NCBI GenBank assembly: GCA_028697145.1
Contig: JAQVFR010000016.1
Coordinates: 736-64,735, forward strand
DNA: 64,000 bases
DNA from: Actinomycetota bacterium
Lineage (GTDB): Bacteria > Actinomycetota > Geothermincolia > Geothermincolales > RBG-13-55-18
Direction: 5' to 3'
In this document: piece after piece, positions 19,809 through 28,515 of the stretch
How the letters are laid out: each line of letters starts with the position of its first letter
Position numbering within the stretch: the stretch's first letter is position 1
Translations under genes and position numbers: made by a program
Notes under the pieces: generated by a model
The model's input: the letters and a program-made list of their open reading frames with translations, nothing else
What the model was told of the DNA's origin: nothing
Databases searched by the model: none

Positions 19809-22577
19809 CTACCTCCGCGAGGCCCCTTCCACCACCGGGATGCAACGGTCGCATATCCCCGGGTGCGAGGCGTCGCTCCCCACCGACTCGCGGTAGTTCC
19901 AGCAACGTTCGCACTTCCGCCCGGGAGCCCGCTTGACCCCGATGACAAGGTCTTCGCCGTCCTCGAGCAGCGTCAGCTCGACGCTCGATACGATGAACAT
20001 GGTGGGCAGATATGCCTCGCGGGGCTTAAGCAAGACGGCCAGCCGGGGCGGCGCGGCCAGGCTCACCATGGCCTCGAGCGAGGTCCCCAACTCCTTGGAG
20101 ACGCGTTTTTCCTCGAGGGCCCTGGTGACCGTCTCGCGCACTTCGAGCAGCCTGTCGTAGATCTCCTCCAGCTCGGGATCACGCCAGGTCTCATCCGGCA
20201 GAGGCCACTCCTCGAGGTGCACGCTGGTTTCTCCGCTCTCCGGACGCATGAGCCGCCAGACCTCCTCGGATGTATGGCAGAGTATCGGCGCCATGATGCG
20301 TACCAGCGTCTCCAGCAGGGTGTGTATGGCGGTCTGTGCCGATCTCCTCTCCCGGGAATCCGGGGCGAAGGTATAGAGGCAGTCCTTGCGGATATCGAGA
20401 TAGAGTGCACTGAGGTCCACCGCGCAGAAATTGTGCAGGGCATGATATACGACGTGCAACTGGTATTCCTCCATCGCTTTCGTGCAGCGCTTGACCAGGC
20501 CCTGCAGTCGCGACAGGGCCCAGCGGTCGAGTTCCTCCATCTCCCCTGGCGGGACGGCGTCGCGGGACGGCTCGAAATCGAAGAGATTGCCCAGGAGGAA
20601 GCGCAGGGTATTGCGTATACGCCTGTAGGCCTCCACCAGGCGGTCGAAGATCTCCCGGGAAGCCGGTATGTCCACGGTATAATCGGCCGCCGCCACCCAC
20701 AGGCGGAGTATGTCCGCACCCAGCCTGTCGCAGATATCCATCGGGCTGATGACGTTCCCCGACAGTTTGGACATCTTCCTTCCCTCGCCGTCCACCACGA
20801 AGCCGTGGGTGAGTACGGAACGGTAGGGGGGTTCTCCTCTCGCCCCTACCGCCGTCAGCAGTGAGGTCTGGAACCAGCCCCGATGCTGGTCGCTGCCCTC
20901 GAGGTACATGTCGCACGGCCAGGAGAGCCCCTCCCACTGGTTCAGGACGACCTCGTGGCTGACGCCGGACTCGAACCAGACGTCAAGGATATCCGTCTCT
21001 TTGCGCAGGTCGCCACAGCCGCAACGCACGCACTGTATTCCCTCCCCGAGGATCTCCCCCGCTTCCTTGAGGAACCAGGCGTCCGATCCCTCCGCTGCGA
21101 TGAGATCGGCGGCCCTGCCCAGGGATTCCGGGGTCATGAGCACCTCGCCGCATTCAGAGCAGTGGAACGCCGGTATGGGCACGCCCCATGCCCTCTGGCG
21201 CGAGATGCACCAGTCGGGGCGCAGCTCCAGCATCCCCCGCATGCGGCGGCTGTTCCATTCCGGTATCCAGCTGACCGCTGAAATAGCGGCCATGCTCCTC
21301 TCGCGCAGCGAGGCGCCATCGAAGGGCCGGTCCACGCCCACGAACCACTGCGGCGTGGCGCGGAAGATGACCGGGCCCTTGCAGCGCCAGCAGTGCGGAT
21401 AGGAGTGCGGGAAGTCCGCGGAGGCCAGGAGGAGGCCCTTCTCCTCGAGGTCGGATATGATGACGGGGTTCGCGTCGTCCACGAACAGGCCCTCGAACTC
21501 TGGCGCCTCCGAGGTGAAGCGTCCCTCGTCGTCCACGGGCATGGGCATGGGGAGGTCGTAATCAAGCCCCACCTGATAGTCCTCCTGCCCGTGACCGGGC
21601 GCGATGTGCACGGCCCCGGTCCCGGCCTCGGTCGTTACGTATTCGGAGGTCACGACGAGGCTGGGACGGTCGCGCCAGGGGTGTTTCGCCCGCAGACCGT
21701 GCAGTTCCTCTCCGCTGAACTTCGCTTTCACCTCGTAACCTGCCAGGCCCATGTCCGCGGCCGCCCTCTCGAGCAGGGGCTCGCCTACGATGAGGCGGTC
21801 TTCTCCCGCCTGCAGCAGGACGTATTCCATGCGGGGGTGAAGGGCGATGGCGACATTCGCCGGAAGGGTCCAGGGCGTGGTCGTCCATATCGCCAGCGCG
21901 GCCGCCTCTCCCGTGCCCGGCAAGACGTCCAGCAGGGGGAACCTCACGTAAATGGATGGGGACACCTTGTCCCTGTACTCCAGTTCCGCCTCGGCGAGGG
22001 CGGTGACGCAGCGCGGGCACCAGTGTATGGGCTTGCGGCTGCGGAAAATAAGCCCCCTCTCCAGGAGCTTCGCCAGCACCCGGATATTCACCGCCTCGTA
22101 CGACGGCTTGAGCGTGAGATAGGGATCATCGAAATCACCGCGCACCCCCAGGCGCTGGAACTGCTGTGACTGCCGCTCCACGTACTCCAGGGCATACTCG
22201 CGGCAGCGCCTGCGAACCTCCATCACGTCCAGCTTTCTTTTTTCCTCGCCGAGGAGCTTCTCCACGTTGAACTCTATGGGCTGGCCGTGGCAGTCCCATC
22301 CCGGAACGTAGGGACAGAAATGTCCTCGCATGGTCCTGTAGCGGATGATGATGTCCTTGAGGATCTTGTTCAGCGCCGTCCCGAGATGCAGGTCGCCGTT
22401 GGCGTAAGGCGGGCCGTCGTGCAGGATGAAAGGCGGCTTTCCCTTCTTCGCCTCCAGGACGCGCTCATACATCCCCGCCTCCTTCCAGGAAGCCTGGATC
22501 TCCGGCTCGCGCGCAGGCAGGTTGGCCTTCATGGGAAAGTCGGTACGCGGCAGGTTGAGGGTCTTGCGGTAGTCCAT
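19809..22577 (-). CDS. ileS: isoleucine--tRNA ligase
   Basis: 922 aa. PPYANGDLHLG (HIGH), KMSKLSGN (KMSKS), C-terminal CERCW..CDRC zinc motif. Confidence 0.95.
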   Translation of the reverse strand: MDYRKTLNLPRTDFPMKANLPAREPEIQASWKEAGMYERVLEAKKGKPPFILHDGPPYANGDLHLGTALNKILKDIIIRYRTMRGHFCPYVPGWDCHGQPIEFNVEKLLGEEKRKLDVMEVRRRCREYALEYVERQSQQFQRLGVRGDFDDPYLTLKPSYEAVNIRVLAKLLERGLIFRSRKPIHWCPRCVTALAEAELEYRDKVSPSIYVRFPLLDVLPGTGEAAALAIWTTTPWTLPANVAIALHPRMEYVLLQAGEDRLIVGEPLLERAAADMGLAGYEVKAKFSGEELHGLRAKHPWRDRPSLVVTSEYVTTEAGTGAVHIAPGHGQEDYQVGLDYDLPMPMPVDDEGRFTSEAPEFEGLFVDDANPVIISDLEEKGLLLASADFPHSYPHCWRCKGPVIFRATPQWFVGVDRPFDGASLRERSMAAISAVSWIPEWNSRRMRGMLELRPDWCISRQRAWGVPIPAFHCSECGEVLMTPESLGRAADLIAAEGSDAWFLKEAGEILGEGIQCVRCGCGDLRKETDILDVWFESGVSHEVVLNQWEGLSWPCDMYLEGSDQHRGWFQTSLLTAVGARGEPPYRSVLTHGFVVDGEGRKMSKLSGNVISPMDICDRLGADILRLWVAAADYTVDIPASREIFDRLVEAYRRIRNTLRFLLGNLFDFEPSRDAVPPGEMEELDRWALSRLQGLVKRCTKAMEEYQLHVVYHALHNFCAVDLSALYLDIRKDCLYTFAPDSRERRSAQTAIHTLLETLVRIMAPILCHTSEEVWRLMRPESGETSVHLEEWPLPDETWRDPELEEIYDRLLEVRETVTRALEEKRVSKELGTSLEAMVSLAAPPRLAVLLKPREAYLPTMFIVSSVELTLLEDGEDLVIGVKRAPGRKCERCWNYRESVGSDASHPGICDRCIPVVEGASRR

Positions 22578-22615
22578 CTTATAACATCTCCGTCTTAACT
22601 TGGGATTTTGCTACA

Positions 22616-22644
22616 TTATTAGCACGCGAGCGAATATATCGCAA
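22616..22644 (-). promoter_or_regulatory. putative ileS promoter
   Basis: Minus sense TTGCGA, 17 nt spacer, TAATAA in the AT-rich divergent spacer. Confidence 0.4.
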
Positions 22645-22723
22645 TAACATATGGGGTTCACGACGTCCCTTCTTTCATCTTTCCTCGCGCTTATCTTAGA
22701 ATAGCGTAAAGGCAGGTGAACAG

Positions 22724-23020
22724 ATGAACGATGCCGGCGCCGCCATTAGCGAACACCGCTACGGCACAATTATCGAGATAAAGGTCTACCCCTCATCTTC
22801 ACGCCACGGCACCGGGGTCGTCTCCGCGGGCCGCATCCCCGTATTCGTGCACTCCGCCCCGGAGAAGGGCAAAGCCAACCGTGAGGCCCTCAAGGTCCTC
22901 TCCGAAGCGCTGGGTATACCAGTATCCCGCATGGAGGTGATCAGGGGCATGACCACCAGGAACAAGACCGTCCTGGCCCGCGGCATCTCCCCGGAACATA
23001 TAGTACGCGCACAGAAGTAG
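22724..23020 (+). CDS. DUF167 (YggU) family protein
   Basis: 98 aa. IEIKVYPSSSR..VHSAPEKGKANREALKVLSEALGIP..VIRGMTTRNKTV. Confidence 0.75.
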   Translation: MNDAGAAISEHRYGTIIEIKVYPSSSRHGTGVVSAGRIPVFVHSAPEKGKANREALKVLSEALGIPVSRMEVIRGMTTRNKTVLARGISPEHIVRAQK

Positions 23021-23166
23021 GGGTCAGGTCTTGTTCTTTGCATACCGTGGTATGTTGCCTGTTGGTAGCTGGTATTTTATTGCTTGCATGCAAGATGTGA
23101 CCCCAAGGGATTAGTCCAGGCTGGTTTTGGGGCTCGGGCCCGGTGATGGAAGCGGAGGGGATCAAC

Positions 23167-23189
23167 GGGGAGGGGCTCCGCCCCTCCCC
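23167..23189. terminator. GC-only hairpin between convergent DUF167 and divIVA genes (possible bidirectional terminator, no U-tract)
   Basis: GGGGAGGGGC-TCC-GCCCCTCCCC, a perfect 10-bp inverted repeat. Confidence 0.4.
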
Positions 23190-23212
23190 TCCCTCCCCTG
23201 TATATGTGCCTT

Positions 23213-24298
23213 CTATTCCCAGAAAAAGTGCTTGTCTCCGGATTCGCCCTGGGACGGCTCGGGCGCCGGAACCGTTTCGGGCGCCGGTTGCGGCGGCGGG
23301 GGCGGGGCAGCGGCGGGTGGCTCTGGAGCCAGCGTTTCCCTCATGATCTCCATCTCCTCCTCCGCGGTATACATGGGCCGCGGTGGAGACGCGGCAGTCT
23401 CCTCGATGAAGGCTGGCCTCTCCAACCTCTCGAACTGCGGTGGCACGGGTTCCTGTGAGGGCGATGGCGTGGGCATCTCCGCCGGCATCTCGAACGAGGT
23501 CTCGGGCGGCGCGGTCCTCTCCGCCGGCACCTCGAACGGGGGCTCCGGTGTCGCGGTGCTCTCCGTTGATACATCGAAGGAGGGTTCGGGCGGCGTAAGC
23601 CTCTCCGTCGACACCTCGAACGGGGGCTCGGGCGGCGCCGCGGCGGCCGCGGGCTCCGCGCGCATGAACGCTTCGGGGGCAAGGCCCGCGGCGGAGGGCT
23701 CCGGTGCTGCGGGCGTTGCCTCCTCGAAGGCCGTCGGCCTGAACTCCGGCACGGGTTCCGGCGCCGTCACCGTTTCCGGCGCGGGAGGAGCGGCGGCGGC
23801 TCCGCCGGTAACGTCGGCCGGGGGTTCCTTCAGTTCGGCCGCGGCAAGGCGCGCTTCGTATTCCTTTATCATCGCCTGGTTATTGTCGAGCAGCTCGCGG
23901 ATGGTGGCCATATAGCGGTGGACCTGCTCCCTCAACGAGTCGAAAGACTGCGAGATCCTTCCTCTTTCCGCTTGTGCCTCTTCCAGCATGCGCAGGCTCT
24001 GTTCCTGGGACTCTTTGAGTTGGGCTTCGGCTTGCGCCCTCGCCTCCTGAACGATGCTGTCAGCGCTCTTCTGGGCGTTGATGAGGGCGTTCTGCAGGGT
24101 CTGCTGCATGGAATCGAACTGGCTGGCTTTCTGGCGCATGGACTCGACCATCTCCGCCTGTTCCTGGTTGCGGTGCAGCAGCCGGTCCAGTTCGTCCGCT
24201 ACCATATCGAGGAAGGCATCGACCTCCTCCTTGTTGTAGCCGCCCATACGGACCGTTCCGAATTCCTTATGATGGATATCCATGGGGCTGATAGCCAA
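23213..24298 (-). CDS. divIVA: DivIVA-domain cell-division/polarity protein with Pro/Glu-rich repetitive C-terminal half
   Basis: TTG at 24298 lies 8 nt after AAAGGAGG and gives M-AISPMDIHHKEF, the canonical DivIVA N-terminus. The ORF track starts 27 nt earlier (GTG 24325). Confidence 0.85.
   Translation of the reverse strand: MAISPMDIHHKEFGTVRMGGYNKEEVDAFLDMVADELDRLLHRNQEQAEMVESMRQKASQFDSMQQTLQNALINAQKSADSIVQEARAQAEAQLKESQEQSLRMLEEAQAERGRISQSFDSLREQVHRYMATIRELLDNNQAMIKEYEARLAAAELKEPPADVTGGAAAAPPAPETVTAPEPVPEFRPTAFEEATPAAPEPSAAGLAPEAFMRAEPAAAAAPPEPPFEVSTERLTPPEPSFDVSTESTATPEPPFEVPAERTAPPETSFEMPAEMPTPSPSQEPVPPQFERLERPAFIEETAASPPRPMYTAEEEMEIMRETLAPEPPAAAPPPPPQPAPETVPAPEPSQGESGDKHFFWE
23474..23635 (-). 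repeat. in-frame tandem repeat (about 42 nt / 13-15 aa, 4 copies) inside divIVA
   Basis: Peptide units PPEPPFEVSTERLT / PPEPSFDVSTESTAT / PEPPFEVPAERTA / PPETSFEMPAEMPT. The DNA shows the repeated ctcgaacgNgg..ctcNggcgg pattern. Confidence 0.8.
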
Positions 24299-24408
24299 CT
24301 CAACCGCCTCCTTTAAACGCGCCACCGCATGTGTGGACAGCTATCCCTCTTCTCAATCAGTATAAAGATTATCGGGGTATTGCGCTAACTAGTTTAACCT
24401 CGAAAGCC

Positions 24409-24687
24409 CTATCGGAAAACCTCCCTGACCAACCATTGCAGGAAGACTATGGCGATTATGAGAACCGTCGGTGAAAGATCCAGTCCCACTCCCCCGCTCA
24501 GGGGAACGATCGGGATCACCTTGCGCAGCGGGGAGAGGAGCGGCTCGGTTATGTCGTAGATAAAAACCACCACGGTCCTGAGGACGCCTGGCCACTTCAC
24601 CGGCAACCAGCCTATGATTATCCTGGCGAACACGGCGACCAGATAGGCCAGCAATATCCACCACAGGATATCGCCGACTATCCTCAA
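24409..24687 (-). CDS. yggT: YggT family membrane protein
   Basis: 92 aa, two TM segments, ARIIIGWLP..ITEPLLSPLRKVIP. Confidence 0.75.
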   Translation of the reverse strand: MRIVGDILWWILLAYLVAVFARIIIGWLPVKWPGVLRTVVVFIYDITEPLLSPLRKVIPIVPLSGGVGLDLSPTVLIIAIVFLQWLVREVFR

Positions 24688-24688
24688 C

Positions 24689-25486
24689 TCAAACCTCCTT
24701 GGCCCTCCTCCAGGCCGCGGTTATCGCCTTGTAAAAAGCGTTGCGCACTCCGCCTTCCTCCAGGGCTTCCAGCGCCGCAATGGTAGAACCCCCGGGAGAT
24801 GTGACCATGTCCTTGAGCTTTGCGGGGTGCTGCCCGCTCTCGCGCAGCATCATCCCGGCTCCGATCATGGTCCCGGTCACCAGTTTCAACGCTAGGTTGC
24901 GGTCCAGACCCAGCCCTACACCGGCATCGCACATGGCCTCCGCCAGCACGTAGAAATAGGCGGGGCCGCAGCCGGACACGGCCATGGCCTCGTCCTGCAG
25001 CTTCTCGTCCAGCTCGTAAACGTCGCCGAGACAGGAGAAGATATCCCTCGCCCTGTCGCGGGCCTCCTCTCCCGCGTGGCGGCCGAAACTCAGCACGGAT
25101 ACCGCGGCCCCTACCATGGCGGGATTGTTGGGCATCACGCGCACCACGGGCGTGCCCTCGGGGAGCAGCGCCTCCACGAACTCCGTGCTCTTCCCCATGG
25201 CTATGGATATCACCGTCTGGTTGCCCGCGATGGAACCAGAGAGTTCGCGCAGCACCCCCTCGAGCTTCTGAGGCTTAACCGCCAGCAGCACGGTTTCCGC
25301 GCCGCTCGCTGCCTCCGGGTTAGATGCGGCCGCCCTCACCCCGTACTTGGAGGCCATCATCTCCAGGCGCTCGTCGTCTACGTCCGAGATAACCGCGTCT
25401 TTCGCGTCCGCCCAGCCAACACGGAGTAGTTCCTTGAGTATGGCCTCCGCCATCTTTCCCGCTCCGATGAATGCGATCCTGCTCAT
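24689..25486 (-). CDS. proC: pyrroline-5-carboxylate reductase
   Basis: IAFIGAGKMAEA..LAVKPQ..VVRVMPN.P..GCGPAY..MVTSPGGSTI. Confidence 0.9.
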   Translation of the reverse strand: MSRIAFIGAGKMAEAILKELLRVGWADAKDAVISDVDDERLEMMASKYGVRAAASNPEAASGAETVLLAVKPQKLEGVLRELSGSIAGNQTVISIAMGKSTEFVEALLPEGTPVVRVMPNNPAMVGAAVSVLSFGRHAGEEARDRARDIFSCLGDVYELDEKLQDEAMAVSGCGPAYFYVLAEAMCDAGVGLGLDRNLALKLVTGTMIGAGMMLRESGQHPAKLKDMVTSPGGSTIAALEALEEGGVRNAFYKAITAAWRRAKEV

Positions 25487-25524
25487 GCCTTTTCTCCCGG
25501 AAGTGTCGCGTCTGCCGGTGGCGG

Positions 25525-25977
25525 CTAGAACTGGTTGAAAAAGCCTTTTTCGCGCAGCCAGCGTTTGTCCTCCGCCGATACCTCGACGTTATGCGGAGAG
25601 AGGAGGAACACCTTCTCGGCCACGCGCTGTATCCCTCCGTCCAGGCCATAGGTAAGGCCGCTGGAGAAGTCGATCAGCCTCTTGGACAGCTCGGCGTCCG
25701 CCTGCTGCAGGTTGATGATCACCGGGATGTCCGACTTGAACTTCTGGCCTATCTGCTCGGCGTCGTTGAACGACTTCGGCTCGACCATGTGCATGCGCAC
25801 CTGCTTGCTCGGCACCGCCTGGATGGGTGCCACCCTCGCCTCCTCGCGCTGCGCACGGCGCGACGGCGCGGGTTCGGCGTAATCCACGCGTCCCTCGTCG
25901 TATTCGAGCATCTCCTCGAACTCGTCGTCCTCCACAAGACCAAGGTAGATCAGGGCTCTGCGAAAAAACCCAGCCAT
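25525..25977 (-). CDS. sepF: cell division protein SepF
   Basis: ATG at 25977 lies 7 nt after GGGAGG and gives MAGFFRRALIYLGL. C-terminal SepF domain VIINLQ..R.IDF..G. The ORF-track extension to 26157 overlaps yggS. Confidence 0.85.
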   Translation of the reverse strand: MAGFFRRALIYLGLVEDDEFEEMLEYDEGRVDYAEPAPSRRAQREEARVAPIQAVPSKQVRMHMVEPKSFNDAEQIGQKFKSDIPVIINLQQADAELSKRLIDFSSGLTYGLDGGIQRVAEKVFLLSPHNVEVSAEDKRWLREKGFFNQF

Positions 25978-25997
25978 TGCCTTACCTCCCAGCAACT

Positions 25998-26684
25998 TCA
26001 GGCTCCGAATATGGCTGTCCCGATTCGAACCATATTCGCCCCTTCCTCCAACGCCACCTCGAAATCCTGCGTCATTCCCATGCTCAGGACCTCCAGGCTC
26101 CGCGGGGGATAATCCCGCGCCATCTCGTCGCGGAGTTCCCGCATGCGCCGGAAACACTTGCGCGCTTCCTCGCGCGGCCCCAGTGGCGCTATGGTCATCA
26201 GGCCGCGCACCCTCACGCCGGGTATCTCCACGGCGGTTTCCAGCAAGGGCGCCGTTTCCTTCACCGCGATACCGTACTTGCTCTCCTCGCCGGAGACGTT
26301 AACCTGCAGCAGGATATCCTGGACAATCCCCAATTCCCGCGCCCTCGCGGCGATCGTCCCCAAGAGGCGCCGACTGTCCACGGAGTGGATCAACGCCGTC
26401 CTGCCTACCACCATATTAACCTTATTCCTCTGCAAATGACCAATGAAATGCCATTCCAGGTCGAGATCCTGGCTTTCCAGCTTCTCCCTCAGCTCCTGTG
26501 CCCGGTTCTCTCCAAAAACCAGCTGGCCCGCCGCCGCGGCCTCCCTTATCATCTGCGTCGACCTTCCCTTGCTGACCGCCACCAGCGCGATTTCCCCCGC
26601 GTTCGAGCCCGCCCTGGCCGCCGCGCTGGCAATACGTTCGCGCACCGCCTCGAGATTCTCCGCCACGTCTCCCAAACATCCCAC
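25998..26684 (-). CDS. yggS: YggS-family pyridoxal-phosphate homeostasis protein
   Basis: LVAVSKGRS..FGENRAQEL..WHFIGHLQRNK..SMGM..VRIGTAIFG. Confidence 0.85.
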   Translation of the reverse strand: MGCLGDVAENLEAVRERIASAAARAGSNAGEIALVAVSKGRSTQMIREAAAAGQLVFGENRAQELREKLESQDLDLEWHFIGHLQRNKVNMVVGRTALIHSVDSRRLLGTIAARARELGIVQDILLQVNVSGEESKYGIAVKETAPLLETAVEIPGVRVRGLMTIAPLGPREEARKCFRRMRELRDEMARDYPPRSLEVLSMGMTQDFEVALEEGANMVRIGTAIFGA

Positions 26685-26699
26685 CGTCCTTGCGCAAGC

Positions 26700-27359
26700 T
26701 CATTCCTCGAAGCTCACGGATTTCACCCCGTATACCTGGTAGAGGGTATCCATCACCTCGAGAAGGTCGGTCTTCGCCGATATATTGACCCTCAAGAGCA
26801 GGGAACATTCCTGTTCCTCCGCCTTGCACTGGTAGAACCTGAGCAGCGTGGAGGTTATGCCGAACTGCGCCAGCGTCGTCTCCACCTCCTCCACCAGCCC
26901 CGTCCGCGGGCTGCTGCGTATGTTGAAATACATCCTGCGGCTGCGGAAGCGGGCTATGATCCTGTTCTCCACCAGGGGGAGGGCTATTAGCACGGCAAGG
27001 ATGATTGCCGTGCCGTAAACGCAGGTGAGGAAATAGCCGGCGCCTGCCGCCATGCCCACCGCCGCCGACGCCCACATGGTGGCCGCGGTGGTGATGCCTA
27101 CCACGTGAGTCCCCCCGTAGGACACGATCACGCCCACGCCGAGGAAGCCTATTCCCACCACCACCTGCGCTGCCACCCTGGCGGAGTCAGCACCCGGAAA
27201 GGCGACGAGCGAGAGGGCGGTGAACAGGGCGGCGCCCAGCGTGACCATGATATAGGTGCGGAAACCGGCAGGTCTGTCCCCCCTCTCCCTCTCGAGGCCG
27301 ATAAGGCCGCCGCACGCGACCGCCACGAGCAACCGCAGCGCGAGCTCACTCTCGCTCAT
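26700..27359 (-). CDS. MgtC/SapB family membrane protein
   Basis: GGLIGLERE..AGFRTY..GIGFLGVG..GITTAATMW..G plus a C-terminal ACT-like domain. Confidence 0.8.
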   Translation of the reverse strand: MSESELALRLLVAVACGGLIGLERERGDRPAGFRTYIMVTLGAALFTALSLVAFPGADSARVAAQVVVGIGFLGVGVIVSYGGTHVVGITTAATMWASAAVGMAAGAGYFLTCVYGTAIILAVLIALPLVENRIIARFRSRRMYFNIRSSPRTGLVEEVETTLAQFGITSTLLRFYQCKAEEQECSLLLRVNISAKTDLLEVMDTLYQVYGVKSVSFEE

Positions 27360-27649
27360 ATACCACCCCTGCCTCCATAGGCCACGGTGAAGGATGAATA
27401 CTCACCCGTTGCCTCCTCCCGGAAGACCTCCACGCTTTCGACCCTGGAGGAAGGCGAGCCCTTCCAGCACCAGTCCACCATCCTCCGCACCGCCTCTTCC
27501 TCTCCCTCGAACACGGCCTCCACGCGTCCTCCGGGTATGTTTTTCACCCACCCGGTCAAGCCGAGCTCCCTCGCCTCGTCCACCGCGTATGCGCGGTAAT
27601 ATACTCCCTGCACCCTTCCGCTTACTATCACGCGCACCCTCGTCAACAT
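27356..27649 (-). CDS. acyP: acylphosphatase
   Basis: Internal ATG at 27649. VSGRVQGVYYR..GLTGWVKN..GRVEAVFEG. Confidence 0.8.
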   Translation of the reverse strand: MLTRVRVIVSGRVQGVYYRAYAVDEARELGLTGWVKNIPGGRVEAVFEGEEEAVRRMVDWCWKGSPSSRVESVEVFREEATGEYSSFTVAYGGRGGI

Positions 27650-27666
27650 CACGCCACCCGCGTCGT

Positions 27667-28515
27667 CTATCGCCGGATATGCCGGATACATATGAAGGTC
27701 CCCTGCCTTCCGGTGGAGCCTTCCCTGCGGTAGGAGAAATATCCACCGTCGCAGCAGGTGCACCCTCCCACCCTCAGGATGTTCTCCTCCCTCACGCCGG
27801 CTTCCAGCATGTTCAGGGTGTTGGCCCGCGGGAGATCCAGGAACCTGTCTCCCCTCCCCGTTACAACTCCATCGCGCCTGCCATATCTTTCGACGAAAAG
27901 GCCGGCCCTGCCTTCATCGACTTCGTAACAGCACGCGGCTATGGCCGGCCCCATGACCGCCCTCGCGTCCGCGGGATCGAGCCCCATTTCCTCCCGTATC
28001 TTTCGCAGCGCCACCGCGACGATGTCCGCAATGGTCCCCCTCCATCCCGCGTGCACCACCGCCACCGCACCGCCCGACGGGTAAGAGACGGCCACGGGAA
28101 CGCAGTCGGCGGTGAGGACCGAGAGCACCAGGCCCGGCACGGTGGTGAACGCGCCGTCGCACGCCGGCAGTGCATCCCCCGCGCCCGAGCCGTGCTGCTC
28201 CGCCCCGCTCACCCGCGCCACCTTCGCACCGTGCACCTGCTCGAGGTAAACGAAGTCCATGGGCGGCGCGTCAATGGCCTCGGCCACCAGCGCGCGGTTG
28301 GCGGTTACGTTGGCGGGATCGTCTCCGGTATGGAAGGCCAGGTTGAGGGAATCGAACGGCGCCGGGCTCACACCTCCGGCGCGGGAAGTGAACACCAGCC
28401 CTACGCCCTCCCCCAGAAGGCCACCCGCGTCCGTCAAGGCCGGCCGGCGCACGCGTCTCAGCCCCGCACTTCCCGGTCCGGCAACGTCATTCGCCGACAC
28501 ATTCCTCCCGGTCAA
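27667..28515 (-). CDS. pgeF: peptidoglycan editing factor PgeF (YfiH/DUF152 laccase-domain family)
   Basis: QVHG..V, TADCVPV, HAGWRG, TCC..FFSYRR. Confidence 0.8.
   Translation of the reverse strand: MTGRNVSANDVAGPGSAGLRRVRRPALTDAGGLLGEGVGLVFTSRAGGVSPAPFDSLNLAFHTGDDPANVTANRALVAEAIDAPPMDFVYLEQVHGAKVARVSGAEQHGSGAGDALPACDGAFTTVPGLVLSVLTADCVPVAVSYPSGGAVAVVHAGWRGTIADIVAVALRKIREEMGLDPADARAVMGPAIAACCYEVDEGRAGLFVERYGRRDGVVTGRGDRFLDLPRANTLNMLEAGVREENILRVGGCTCCDGGYFSYRREGSTGRQGTFICIRHIRR

Noticed and set aside
22600-22650. GTGCTAATAATGTAGC resembling the XerC half of a dif site.
   Set aside because: It lacks the XerD arm (TTATGTTAAAT-like) and the 6-nt central-region geometry. It is better explained as the -10 region of the ileS promoter.
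22578-22723. Possible T-box leader upstream of ileS.
   Set aside because: Only about 145 nt are shared with a divergent gene. I could not find a T-box (..GGTGGTACCGCG..) sequence, specifier-loop architecture or terminator. It looks like a plain AT-rich divergent promoter region.
23021-23103. tRNA-sized element with a closing stem ending in ..TGACCC-C-A.
   Set aside because: It has no D-arm or T-arm consensus (no GGTTCGAATCC-like T-loop). The palindrome leaves a 2-4 nt loop instead of a 7-nt T-loop, and the seventh acceptor pair is mismatched. It is kept only as a generic structured spacer.
23474-23635. Regularly spaced repeats that might suggest a CRISPR array or minisatellite.
   Set aside because: The repeats are contiguous with no spacers, are in frame inside divIVA, and are conserved at the peptide level. 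No cas genes are nearby. The Cas4-like nuclease at 15015 is isolated.
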